The position numbers were made by a program, and so were the translations under genes. Of a stretch of 64,000 nucleotides of DNA, positions 42,044-54,137 are shown piece after piece. Location: contig OX597819.1 in assembly GCA_951406725.2 (NCBI GenBank), forward strand, positions 37,138,001 through 37,202,000. The letters run 5' to 3'. Numbering within the stretch: the first letter of the stretch is position 1; each line of letters begins with the position of its first letter. Under the pieces are notes generated by a model. The model saw nothing but the letters and a program-made list of their open reading frames with translations, did not search any database and was not told where the DNA came from. The DNA is from Octopus vulgaris (Eukaryota).

Positions 42044-42135
42044 TCCTATACCGACGGTTTCGTCTGTTTTAGCAAAAAAATCTGATTTAGCAAAAAAACA
42101 GAATTTATCTGCCAAGGCCAGAATCATCAGTAGGA
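42044..42135 (-). ncRNA. Type I hammerhead ribozyme motif (Penelope/retrozyme-like), slightly degenerate
   Basis: - strand uccua CUGAUGA uucug...cagac GAAAC cgucg GUA uagga; perfect 5-bp stem I; first stem II pair mismatched. Confidence 0.65.
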
Positions 42136-42323
42136 AGCCTTTGTAATCCTAGATGTACAGCCCGTTAGAAGCACGTGCAAATCTAACGATCTGTATACCC
42201 TAACTTTTCAGACCAGTGCGCAGACGCAAATCATATTGTACTTTGAAGAGATATCATATCAAATATTATTAAGTTTGAAAACGGAGAGATATAATGGATA
42301 CAAATTAATTTATTAATTAATTA

Positions 42324-42436
42324 ACACCTTCACTTACAACTGTTTCATTTCTCAACCAAAGTTAAAACTACAAAACATATATAAATATATAATCTTGCAT
42401 TTTAAAATACCTTGGGTGGAAAGTCATCAGGGTGTA
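42324..42436 (-). ncRNA. Second hammerhead motif, more degenerate
   Basis: - strand acacc CUGAUGA cuuuccacccaag...cuuugguugagaaau GAAAC aguu GUA agug. Confidence 0.5.
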
Positions 42437-42512
42437 GAAAAGGATAATACAAGGATTACATTATGATCCGCTGGAATACTCCAATATACTCAGAATATAT
42501 ATGTGTGTGTAT

Positions 42513-42915
42513 ACTCTTTTACTTGTTTCAGTCATTTGACTGTGGCCATGCTGGAGTACCGCCTTTAGTCGAGCAAATCGACCCCAGGACTTATTCTTTT
42601 TAAGCCTGGTACTTATTCTATCGGTTTGTTTTGCCGAACCGTTATGGTACGGAGACGTAAACACATCACCATCGGTTGTCAAGCGATATTGAGGGGGACA
42701 AACATAGATACACACATATATACACACATGTACATATATATATACAAATATACGACGGGCTTCTCTCAGATTCCGTCTACCAAATCCACTCACGAGACTT
42801 TGGTCGGCCCGAGGCTATAGTAGAAGACACTTGCCCTATGTGCCACGCAGTGGGACTGAACCCGGAACCACATGGTTGGTAAGCAAGCTACTTACCACAC
42901 AGCCACTTCTGCGTC
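42513..42915 (-). mobile_element. SINE family B, full length
   Basis: Head, core, short TA/CA spacer and 3' module all present. Confidence 0.9.
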
Positions 42916-42917
42916 TG

Positions 42918-43009
<92 letters not shown>

Positions 43010-43225
43010 CGAGGGAGTGGTGAAACCTTCCTGGCTTTAAGGGTGTCCCGAAAGACTTGGTTGGACGCCCAACCTTCGGAGTTCTTTTACAGGACATTGA
43101 AAAAGTGAAGGACCGCTGCAATAAGTGTGTGATTTTGAGAGGGGAATATATTGAATAAAATTATATTGAATTGATCCTCCTGTATTTTTTTTATCCAAAG
43201 CAAAGCACTTTTCAGCACTCCTTCG
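43010..43225 (+). mobile_element. Mariner-derived MITE
   Basis: Imperfect TIRs cgagggagtggtgaaa / ttttcagcactccttcg; encodes mariner C-terminus KDRCNKCVILRGEYIE*. Confidence 0.8.
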
Positions 43226-43364
43226 TGTATGTGTGAACCTGTTGTGCATGTATGTGTACGTACCCGTGTTATAAGTGTGTATTTGTTTGTTTTATGTTTT
43301 AATGAACTTGGAGACCAACGTCTGATATAATAGCTGCATACATTAAAAGGGCAGAAGAATAGAT

Positions 43365-43768
43365 CCCCCTATCCCCGCACTCCTTTCTCTCCCCCTTTCA
43401 CTCCCTTTCTTTATTTCTCTATCTCATTCTCCTTCTGTCCCTTTCTTTATTTTCCTTTATTTCGTTCTTCTGTTTTGCCTCCCTTCTTTCCTCCCTCCCT
43501 CCCTCTCCTCGCCTTTCCCCTTTTTTCTCTCTCTCTCTCCTTTCTCTCTCTCTCTCCTCCTTTTCTCCATTTCCCTTTTCTCCCTTTATCGCGCTTTCTC
43601 CACCTCCCTCTCTCTCTCTCCATTTGTCCCTCATCGCTACCTCTGTCTCTGTATTTCTCTCTATTTCTCTCTCCCGCTCTCACCCCCTCTCTCTCCCCTT
43701 ATTCGTCTTCCCTCTCTCTCTCTCTCTCTCCTCCCCTTTCTCCACCTATCTCCCTCTTTCTCTTCCAC
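43365..43768. repeat. Polypyrimidine (CT-rich) tract
   Basis: About 400 bp almost entirely C/T on the + strand. Confidence 0.9.
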
Positions 43769-44375
43769 TATTTATCTGTAAAACAAACACTTGAAGTAGG
43801 TATACACAGCTTGAAATACAAGTTTCGTTTAGATCTTATTCCAAAGCTATTCAGCACCTATTGTAATAGGTTCATCGTTATTTTAAATGCAATGCATTCT
43901 TCATCAACTACTTTATATTTCCGTATATAATAAGATTTATCTATTAACGAACAATTCTAATCCTTCAGGTCTGAAAATCAAACGGATACGAACACTAAAA
44001 TACACGAAGCATTGGACAGCGGAAAGGCTGGGTTAGATGAATAAGACAAAAGACTGATCGGATCAACTAATCACTGTTTTATAGAATTAAGATATGCTTT
44101 GTGAATTTCGTGCGTTTCTATTTAACACAGAGAAACATCATGAAGAGAATACATAATGAATTCTGAACATCAGGTAATCGTTAAACGTGAAATTCGTTTC
44201 AAATAGTCCGCCTTAAGTGCACAAATTCATGGGAACGAAGCTCGTCCGAATATGTAATATGTTTAGGCTGAAAATAGAAGACTCCCGCTCCTCAAAATTG
44301 GATGTTATGCTGGTGTGTCGCAGAGTTGAATTGACTGTCATCAGCCAGGTTTTTCGTTGTCCACCAGGTTTTTCG

Positions 44376-44555
44376 TTGTCAAGGCTGATCTGGAACCCAA
44401 CCTAGCCCCCATATCTACGGTGTTCGCCGCTGGAATAAGGAGTGGTTGGAGATCAGGCGGTCGTTAGCCTCAAATCGCCAGGCCTAGTCGGCGTTTGTGA
44501 GAGATGCAGCATTGAGGATGAATGAAGCTAGCTCAACCCACCCCGGGTGAATGCT

Positions 44556-44587
<32 letters not shown>

Positions 44588-44643
44588 AAGAAGAAGAAGA
44601 AGAAGAAGAAGAAGAAGAAGAAGAAGAAGAAGAAGAAGAAGAA
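44376..44643 (+). mobile_element. RTE-clade LINE 3' end with (GAA)n tail
   Basis: VKADLEPNLAPHIYGVRRWNKEW...SAFVRDAA...SSTHPG* followed by (aga)n at 44558-44643. Confidence 0.8.
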
Positions 44644-46189
44644 TAGTTAAATTGCAAATTCCACTACTTGTACTCGTTTTCATCTGAGTGTATTGGAAAC
44701 ACGGGGCTGGAGTACTTTATTAAAGGACACGACAGGCTGCCTGATCCGAAAATCGTACCTTTGACTCGACGATCATGAGCCCCAAACTTTAACCACTTGG
44801 TTATGCGCCGTCTCTTTCCTTGTTTTGAGATGATTTTCTATCACATTTTGTAATATTTTCAAGATATAATCATGCTGTCTTAAAATAGATGTTCCTCTGT
44901 ATTGTCACAAGTTATTATCTCTCTTTTGATTATGCGCTTATATAGTGATTGCCAAAGTCTGTACCCTGACACTTTCATTCCATTTCGATTATTACACAAT
45001 ACTCATCTATCTGCTAAAATTAATTGTACCTCAATTTGTATTTCTTTCTAACATAAGCCTCGCATTTAAGAGGTGTGTTTAATTTATCAAATCGAATTTG
45101 GTAATTGATCAAAGTACTTATTCCATCGACCCCGGAAAAAAAAAGCAAAGTCTACACGGATGAGAATTTGAGCTCAGATTGAGTTATCTAAACGCAAGAA
45201 CGAATTTTGTCAGGTCCACTAACGTTTCTGCCAACCATCTAACCGTCTCTGGAATTTTAACTGTAGCGAATTAACTTGAACATAGCAAAAATGCAACTAT
45301 GTCATTTCATGATGGCCTTTATTTACTTCAAATACAAGGGTGAAATATGGCCGAATTGGATAATAATTGGTTAGATTTTTTTTTTTTGTTTTTGTTGGGG
45401 GAGGGATTTTTCTTTTCTTTTTTGTCGTTTGTTTTTTGATTCTTTTCTTTTTTGGTATTCTGAATTTGTTCTTGTTTTCGCTGCTTCTGATAATGGTAAC
45501 GATGTTGTTGTTGCTGGTGGAGGTGGTGGTGGTTTGTTTAACCTCAGATCAGCTTTGATTAAGAAGACCTATGATCAAAGACGTTCAGCTTGTAATCACC
45601 TCGTCTTTGTTCAAGTTATAGTGCACTTAGAATTACATTATCCCGGGTACACAAGTCCTCTTTTAAAACAGTCGGATGTGTGATATGATACAGGGACTTG
45701 GCTGACATTTCTAGTTGGTCGAGCAATGATCTAGAATCCTCGTTTTTTACCTTTGGTTTATATTTTAAAGTTACACACGGCGCTTGATTGTGAGTTATCT
45801 TCGATTTAAGTATCTTTTACTATTCCATTAACTAACAATTAACTATTATCTTTAAGAATAAACTTATAGTTAACAATACTGTACATCATCATCCCTATAA
45901 TAAAATCGTTTAACTGTTTTTTTATGTTTCTGTTTTATTCGTATACCATCGTGACTATCTATAGGAGCCCTGGGTTCTGTGAATAAATTATGATGTCCTG
46001 TTAAACATGGTGTCATTTACTATAACATTTAAGGCAAATTATTTATTTTAAAAAAATTGGTATCCACCATCTTTGAAGTAATAAGTTATTCCATCCATTC
46101 ATCCATTTTCTCTGCTCATTATTCTTTAAAGGGTCGTATGGGTAGAGTCCTCAGGTACCTCCTTTATAGGGTGTTATTAGAATCAGCTG

Positions 46190-46370
46190 TTATTAGACAT
46201 TCCCAAACATGACCCACTCAGACCATGAATATCATCCAACCATCTTGTTCTTGATCTATCTCTAGGTCTCCTACCGGTTGACTCGGCTTGAAGAATCCGT
46301 TTTGCGATTCTTTCTTGCGACATTCTAGTCACATGTCAATAATATCGGAACTGACAGCTCAATACGAAGT
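46190..46370 (-). mobile_element. RTE LINE C-terminal remnant
   Basis: QFRYY*HVTRMSQERIAKRILQAESTGRRPRDRSRTRWLDDI. Confidence 0.8.
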
Positions 46371-47159
46371 TATTGTATGAAATTGTCTTTTTATTAATGA
46401 ATTCTCTCTCTAAAACAATTTTTGTTTCATTTAATGTCTTGCGAAAATTGGAGGCGTAGTTGTCTGTAAAATATAGGTATGATTTCCAAGACTTATGGCA
46501 AAAATTTTTAACGTTCCACGACAAAATAATTTGGGAACTACCAGCCTACACGGCTAGAATTGTCTCTGAATTAGGTAGTACCTCTCGTTCATAAAATCTT
46601 TCCTCATACCCGAGAGATCATTAAAAAAGATTCATTTGACTGGAATTTTTCCAAAGATCTTCATGTTATGCTGCTAAGTTGTAAAAATGTACTCATAACA
46701 ATGTTTCTTAAATTTTTCACCTCTAAGCATCATTTCGTCTTTATTAATTCAATAAATTAAACATTCTTTAGCATTAAGACGTAATAACGATTAATGATAT
46801 TAGCATAGAGCCACTCATATTCGGGGAAGTGTATAGTTCTCAGCATTCGTCCCTATACTTGACTGCTACGATATTTTATCGAACACAGAAAGGTGAAAGA
46901 CAAATTTGATTTCAGTGGGATTTTGAACTCAGGACTTAAAGGGTCGTAACTAATCGCCAAAAGGCATTTTAATCAATTCTATAATAATTTTGCTCATCAT
47001 TGCTTCAAGTAATTAAATCAAATTAAAATGAATATGCCACATTAAATGGTTGGGGTAGATTAGTTTTCATGTTCTATGTGTATTATCTAAAAGGAAATAC
47101 ATAGCTGAAGAGATATATAATATTTGTGTTTTCAAGCATATTTAGATAGCAACTGAAAA

Positions 47160-47520
47160 AGTATCACAGTTGACAATGTGATCATCCTGTGGTATATGCC
47201 AGAATATACAGACAGGTAGATCAAAGTTAATCGACTGGATATTATTTTCAAGAACAACTAGGAAAGAAAATGTTTTTTGATCCAAAGACAAAAATGTGTT
47301 TCTAAACTCGAAAAGAAATTGAGGAGTTCTTTAAATATAAAAATCTGGAAATAGATATAACGATGAAATGAAAACAGAAATATTCCGTTTAATAAGAGGT
47401 GGTGCATTAGGAATGATTAACAAAAACGCCAAAGAATACATAATGAAATACATAATGACTTACGCATATAATCAGCATACATGACGTAGCACTAGCAAGC
47501 ACTACGTACATTTTACTTAG
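47160..47520 (+). mobile_element. Old R4/Dong endonuclease remnant
   Basis: IILWYMPEYTDR*IKVNRLDIIFK; KYKNLEI; GALGMINK. Confidence 0.7.
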
Positions 47521-48523
47521 GGAACCTGCAATACGAAAGAAAACTCAATCAAAAACGGAACCCTACACATGACCAAGGCATCAGAGCAGTGAAAGCATTC
47601 AATCAAAATAAGGTTACTAAAAATAGTAATTTCTCATTTAGGAACAAGGATAGCAATTTTGAGAGGAGGGGTTAGTCGGTATCATCGACCCCAGTACTTG
47701 GTTGGTAGTTTACTTTGTCATCCCCAGAGAGATGAAAGGCAACGTTATCAGGATTTGAAATCAGAAAGTTAGGATCCAGAACAAGACTGCCAAGCATTTT
47801 TTCTCTAACGCTCCTACCAGCTCACCTCGTTAATTATATACTTCCAGATTATTCCAAAAGTGACACATCAACTTATCACAGAAATTGATAGTGTTTTGTT
47901 CCTATATGATATGAAAAGAAAAGAGATATTAATCTGAATGTTTATTCATTATTCAATTAAGATTTATTTTTATTGCTTATCAAGAAACTTCAGTTAAAAT
48001 TTCTTTCACCGAAATATAATTTCATATAAATGCAGATTTATACGTTAGATTAGGCGACGGCTTTATCTACTGAATGCGCGAACGGTGACAATAGTTAGTT
48101 GAAGCTGGAAGAATAGAATTAAGAGATAGTTAACGATTTTACGTTAAAGAGATGGGCGAAATAGATTAAGATACTGAAAGTAAAAGAAAACGAGATTTTT
48201 GTTTTTTATATTTTTCAACAACTGGCTCATTTTGACGTTTTGCATGTTCATCTGCTAAAAAGAAATAAAACAATTTTATGAATACTAAACCTAATTTGTT
48301 ATTACTGCTTTATTATACATTAATATATTCGGACATGTATTCTCATTTTGGAGGTTGTTATAGTCACAATATTTCGAGCATTGTACTCGCTGAAGTTCTT
48401 CATGTACTTATCATATACAATTATATTCTCACAATTTCTAACCAAAGTTTTTATTAAACTCACAAGGGTACTGTTAATTTCTGCGAGATTATAGTTCAAA
48501 ACGAAAAGTATTGGTTTAAAGCT

Positions 48524-48834
48524 TTGTTGTTTGTTTGTTCCTTCTCGAGCCATGCCTGGCTCATAAGGGCCAGTTTCCCGGTTTCTTGGCGTATAGGTTC
48601 CCTACCTGGACGGGAAGCCGGTCCATCGCAGGTGTGCTGCAAGATGCAGGAAGAAAGATTGAGAGAAAGTTGTGGTGAAAGAGTCAGCAGAAGTTTCGCC
48701 ATTACCTTCTGCCGGAGCCGCGTGGAGCTTAGGTGTTTCGCTCATAAACACACACATCGTCCGGTCTGAGATTCGAACCCGCGATCCCTCGACCGCGTGT
48801 CCGCTGCTCTAACCACTAGGCCATGTGCCTCCAC
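48524..48834 (-). mobile_element. SINE with family-C tRNA head, V-domain-like body and (AAAC)n tail
   Basis: - strand ...ggttcgaatctc...cctgcgatggaccggcttcccgtccagg; degenerate TSD gtattggtttaaag/gcattggtttacag. Confidence 0.85.
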
Positions 48835-50218
48835 GCATTGGTTTACAGTCATTTTTGCCAACCTTCTAACTATTCTACCAAATCATCCCTTTTATAGTTT
48901 CTCGTTTAGATACAAAGCCAACAATGTTTAGGGTGAAGCCGTTTACAATAACCCCAGTACTTCATTGATGCTTTATTTTATCGACACCGGAAGTATTTGA
49001 ACTTAAGCAAATACTACATTTTTTTCCTGGTTCTCTAACGGTTTTGCCGCGCCACCGACTTTATACTAGTGCACAATAACGATAATTCTCATCTCAGAAA
49101 TTCAAAGAAAACTTATGACTGCTAGTCAGATATATGGCCATAACGAACTCTTTGTTATAAACCAACTTATGTCTACTGGTGAGATATATTATAATTATGT
49201 ATATCACAATTTAGTTGATTGTTACTGATCAAAGCATTTGTTATTGATCAAAACGTTTCACTTACAAACTATTTCTGACATATAAGCCAATTATTGGTTG
49301 ATAGGTCTGACACCTCCCACGTACAGAATGTTCCTGGCGTATAGATTTGTCATTGATTGGCAGAAAATCTTTCTGATAAACAGATTCATTACTGGCTGGT
49401 TATGTTTGATACTGCCCACTTAAAAACTTTTCTGATATATAGCTTCCTCATCCTTTCAGATTGTTTACGCCTCTCACATATGAAATAATTTTGTTAAGCA
49501 ATTTCCTCACTGGGTCATTGAAACAGTTGACACCACTCACTTACTTCATATTGTAACGTTAAAAAATAATTTTAAATAATTAAAGTCTTGAATTTAACAG
49601 ACATTATTGCCGTCAATGTAGCAGAACCAAATTATCACTCAAACCCTGAGTAACAAGACAACACCCACAGCAATAACAACAACAACAATTACACTTTCTA
49701 ACAAAGGCAGAAGATCAGAATATGGGGAAAGAGGTTAGTTATTAAACTGACTGCAGTACTTGAATTGTGTTTTATTTCATTACCCAAAATGCATGAAAAG
49801 CCAAGTTAACTTCGGTGGGATTTGGACTCAGAAAGCTAAAAACTATAGCAAATGGCATAAGACATGTTCTCTGAAACCCTAATGGTTCAGTCAACCAAGC
49901 ATCCTCAAACTCAGTACCAAGAAGTATGTCCCTACATTTCTGTCACTCCTCTCCTTTAATAATAGTTATTACAATTTCTAATTTTGGCATGAGGCCAGCA
50001 ACTGGTTGCGGGAGTGATGGATCGTCACTCGATTACATCTAACCCAGGGCTCAACTGATCCTTATTTCAACGACTGTGAAAGGATGAATGGCAAAGGTGG
50101 CCTCGGTGTAATTTGAAGTAACAACATAAAGCTGGACTAAATGACGCTAAACATTTTGTCCGGTGTATCAAGGATTCTGCCAACTCGCTGCCTTAATAAT
50201 AATAACAATAATAATAAC

Positions 50219-50255
<37 letters not shown>

Positions 50256-50261
50256 GTAATG

Positions 50262-50299
<38 letters not shown>

Positions 50300-50309
50300 C
50301 ATTATTATT

Positions 50310-50865
50310 GAGTGAGAGAGTAGTGCATACCATCAAAGTGACACTGGGGTACAAATATACGAAGCTCAATATACCCATCATGACTATCTTTCTGATAAGG
50401 GTACACTAAGCACATGCATCACAACTATATATGCTACAGCATGGTGATCTCATTCCAAAGTAAACAGCGCAAACCTTGCAGGTGGGGCCCAGTTAGAATT
50501 TTCTTCAGATCAAGTAGCCCATCCTGCTCAAAAGGTCTCTGAATAAGGTTTCTATTAAGGATGATGAACGAATCACCCATGTTTTCAAAGGTGAATTATT
50601 CAAATCCTAAAGAACTCTTCTCAACACATGGCTATGATGCTCCCCTGCTACTTTTGCTCGTGATCGGAGATGCAAATATCATCAGCACTAAGGGACATGC
50701 TCAGCTGCTTATGGTCAAATAACTTACAAGTAAACCTGTGGCCTTGAGCGGAATATTTGCTGTAGCCCATCTCTTATACCAAGACAAAACAATGTACATG
50801 ATAACACTTCCAATCAGATAAGATCAGAAGCCATGAGAGCCACTGCCTGGTACTACATCAGGGCA
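50310..50865 (-). mobile_element. (TAA)n-embedded ORF-less element, copy D (full length, more diverged)
   Basis: Colinear with 31897-32452; (ATT)n flanks. Confidence 0.9.
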
Positions 50866-50876
50866 ATTATTATTAT

Positions 50877-50951
<75 letters not shown>

Positions 50952-51399
50952 GAGGAGGAGGAGGAGGAGGAGGAGGAGGAGGAGGAGAAGGAGGAGGAGG
51001 AGGAGAAGGAGGAGGAGGAGGAGATATGCGCAATATCGATTTTTAGGATGAGAATGCAGTCCAGTGCTTCTTCATCTTTTCCACCATTTTCCTCCCAAAT
51101 TTTAATCTAACATGGAAATGTCACCTGATAATTATTTGTTTATTTATTACTAACTATAAATTAGACCAAATAGACCAATTTATTTACTCTAGGAAGGTAC
51201 ACTATTGTTACATAACAAACATACCAAATAATCGTCAATGAGAACCTTGTGGCTGATGTTCCATCTTGAGGTCTAGTCAATAGCAGGCGTAAATCTTCTT
51301 TGGTAGTATTAAGCTTGTTTTGCTTCGTGTATATGATCATAGTAAGAACAAAACAAACTAAGTAGTGTTTAAGCTAGTAAAGAATATTTGCATACGGCT

Positions 51400-52330
51400 T
51401 TCCCGAAAACGCGAGTGGAAATGCTTATACCACAATACTATACTTTTGATAGATTCATCATTCCGTACTGCTACATCATTGAGATCACACCCAAAATTTT
51501 GCTACACATACCATGATGGAAGTGAAAAATTAACTAATTCAGTACATCGGTTCTTGAGCGATATTTCTAGCTGAGACAAGTGATGGCAAATTACTACAAC
51601 GATAAAATGTGGAATATCACAAGCCTGTAGTAGCTAACAGACATCGGTAGAAATCAGTGTTGAACTATTGTGTGAAGCAGAAAATCATCTCTGTGAATCT
51701 CAGAATTTTCATTTTTGCTTCAAGGTATGTCTTTCTTTCCAAGGTGTTTCATCGACGGTACCAAAACTATCACTTAGAAAATTGGCAAGTGATTTACATC
51801 TGTCAATAACAAATGATTTAACTAATGATTAATCGCAAAAAAAAACATCAAGAAAGCTATCATAGAGTTGCATAAGGCGATACAAGTGATTATCTTTGAA
51901 GAATCAGTAGAGAACGCATTGCACAGCAACAATAATTTTTATCTTTCACTCCACACAAATGGTGGAAAAGACGTTCGGTCTTTGAATTTCCTTCCGTGGC
52001 CTATCAATGTAACAGCACCTGAGATTTTCCCATTTAATTCAGTTGAAACCTTGGCAACCAAATTTCCTTTGTGACAAACGCGATCACGAATGATTGTTAC
52101 CTTTCATCAAATTGGACAACCATGGGATTATCCATCATAACAGAGAATGCAACTACGGTGTTGAAATTGATTTCCATTTTTTTTTTTTTTAAGTAATCGT
52201 TAGTAATTTCACCGATAACCTCTTCAGACGTGAAACTTGGGCGTTGTGAGGCTTCTACAAAATAGTATCTTCCCTAACAATTTGATACCATCAACAAAAC
52301 AGGCATATGTCAGGAGTAGATAATACCGGT
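51400..52330 (-). pseudogene. Possible very old DNA-transposase remnant
   Basis: Only scattered motifs (VVQFD like VVHWDGK; HRDD like PRDDY); weak. Confidence 0.25.
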
Positions 52331-53543
52331 GCAAAGCATTTTCCATAAATGGTGAACAAGCTCACGTTAACAAAATTTTACTTATGGAATATGAGCTTCC
52401 AATTCTAGCTGCCATTGGGACCAATTTATTTTAGACAATCAACGTCCAGAGATGAAGTGTAGACTCGGTAATAAGCATAGCAGTAATTGTTTTGCAGCCG
52501 TTGTATTTCTGCCGTAAATTCCGGAAGAAGTTCAGTGGTTTGCTTGTTAATTCACCACATTTGTTGGTGAAATGTGCATTCAGGCAATCATATTTCATAA
52601 ATTCACAGCTAAGTACAGAATTGTGGAAGGTGACGGTGGGAAATCGCACTAAATTCAAATTTCAGATAAACAGAGTGTTAGTTATATTGGCGAACCTTCT
52701 TTTTCTTACTGCACGAATGCATCATGAATCAATGAATTTATGATAGTTAGTAGTTAGTAAACAAAGTACAATGACGACATAATATGGAACGTGTCTTAAA
52801 TATAATTCAACAATATACACGTATCTATGTACATAGACTTGATAACATATGATTAATTAAAATATTCTTGCCGTAACATTCAAATAAAGTAATTTTTAAT
52901 ATTAAGACAGTAAATTAAACATATATACATGGATACATACATTATGGACCAGTTTGTTCCTTTTTGTCAAAATACAGTTGTCCGTAGTTCATTCTTTTTA
53001 AATTGTCAGCATTATGATCAAATTAATCCTACAGTGAAATACCCATATGGTGTGACGCCGGACTAATGTAAACACAAATATTTAATAAAACACTTAATAC
53101 ATCTGATCAAGCAGCGGGTCAATCATTCTATGCCTGCGTCTGTGCTAAGTACTATTACGTGTAAATAAACATCATATAATCCAAGTGATTTAATTTTTCC
53201 ACTGTGAGTTGACTGCTCTGTCTACAACTGAACCTAAGTAAAATGCACTATATACACGATACATTTTCTGATGAAGGATAACAGTATGGGTAGCTGGTGA
53301 AACTAACCATACCTCCGTTTTTTTTGTTTTGCTATTGTATAGGTGAGCAGACACATTATAAAACGAAGTCACATTTCTCTATATAATTATCAATTAACTG
53401 CTTTAATCAAATATCTCTCACCACAAAACAAGACAAACATATATTTTAGAAAGGTTCACAAAGTTACCATAGCACATGGTGATTGAACTGGCCATCAAAA
53501 ACTGTCTATTTGTGGCTTATTGATACTCTTAATATACATTAAG

Positions 53544-53976
53544 GGATCTTTTCGGTTTGAACGGCAGATTTTAACATAATTTCTAGGAAACTAAAAAATT
53601 TTAAACTTCGTATACTAGTAGAATGTGTTTATAAAACATCTTTTTCTCTTGGCTTTATTGAGAAAATTCTATACTTTGTAAGATATTTGTTGTTTTTTTT
53701 TCTTCAATTTCTGCAAATTTCAACCAATCAGTGACGTCTATTGAGGTAAAAAAAAAACATTCTGTGCCGTATGAATATGTCCCTCGTTTAAGAAACAGAT
53801 TGGGTTTATTTACATTTGTGAAAAAAAAAGGATACCCTTCCCCCCACCCCTAACCCTAACCCTAACTAACCCAAAAACAGATTGAAATGCAATAGATCGA
53901 TACTAGGGACATAATTATGGGTGACAATTTCATATGACACCGCTAGAAAAAACTGCCGTTCAAACCGAATAGATCC
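53544..53976. mobile_element. MITE family 1, copy 3
   Basis: Same TIRs; TSD acattaag/acattaat. Confidence 0.92.
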
Positions 53977-54086
53977 ACATTAATAATATAAATTACAAAA
54001 CAAAATACATTATAAAAAATGCCTCTTATCGCTCCTACTTTACATATAACCTTTGTTCCAAGTGCCCTCACCCTAGAAATATAAAT

Positions 54087-54137
<51 letters not shown>

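Noticed and set aside
53845-53875. True telomere or chromosome fusion scar
   Set aside because: Only 2-4 CCCTAA units, always at the same position inside MITE family 1.
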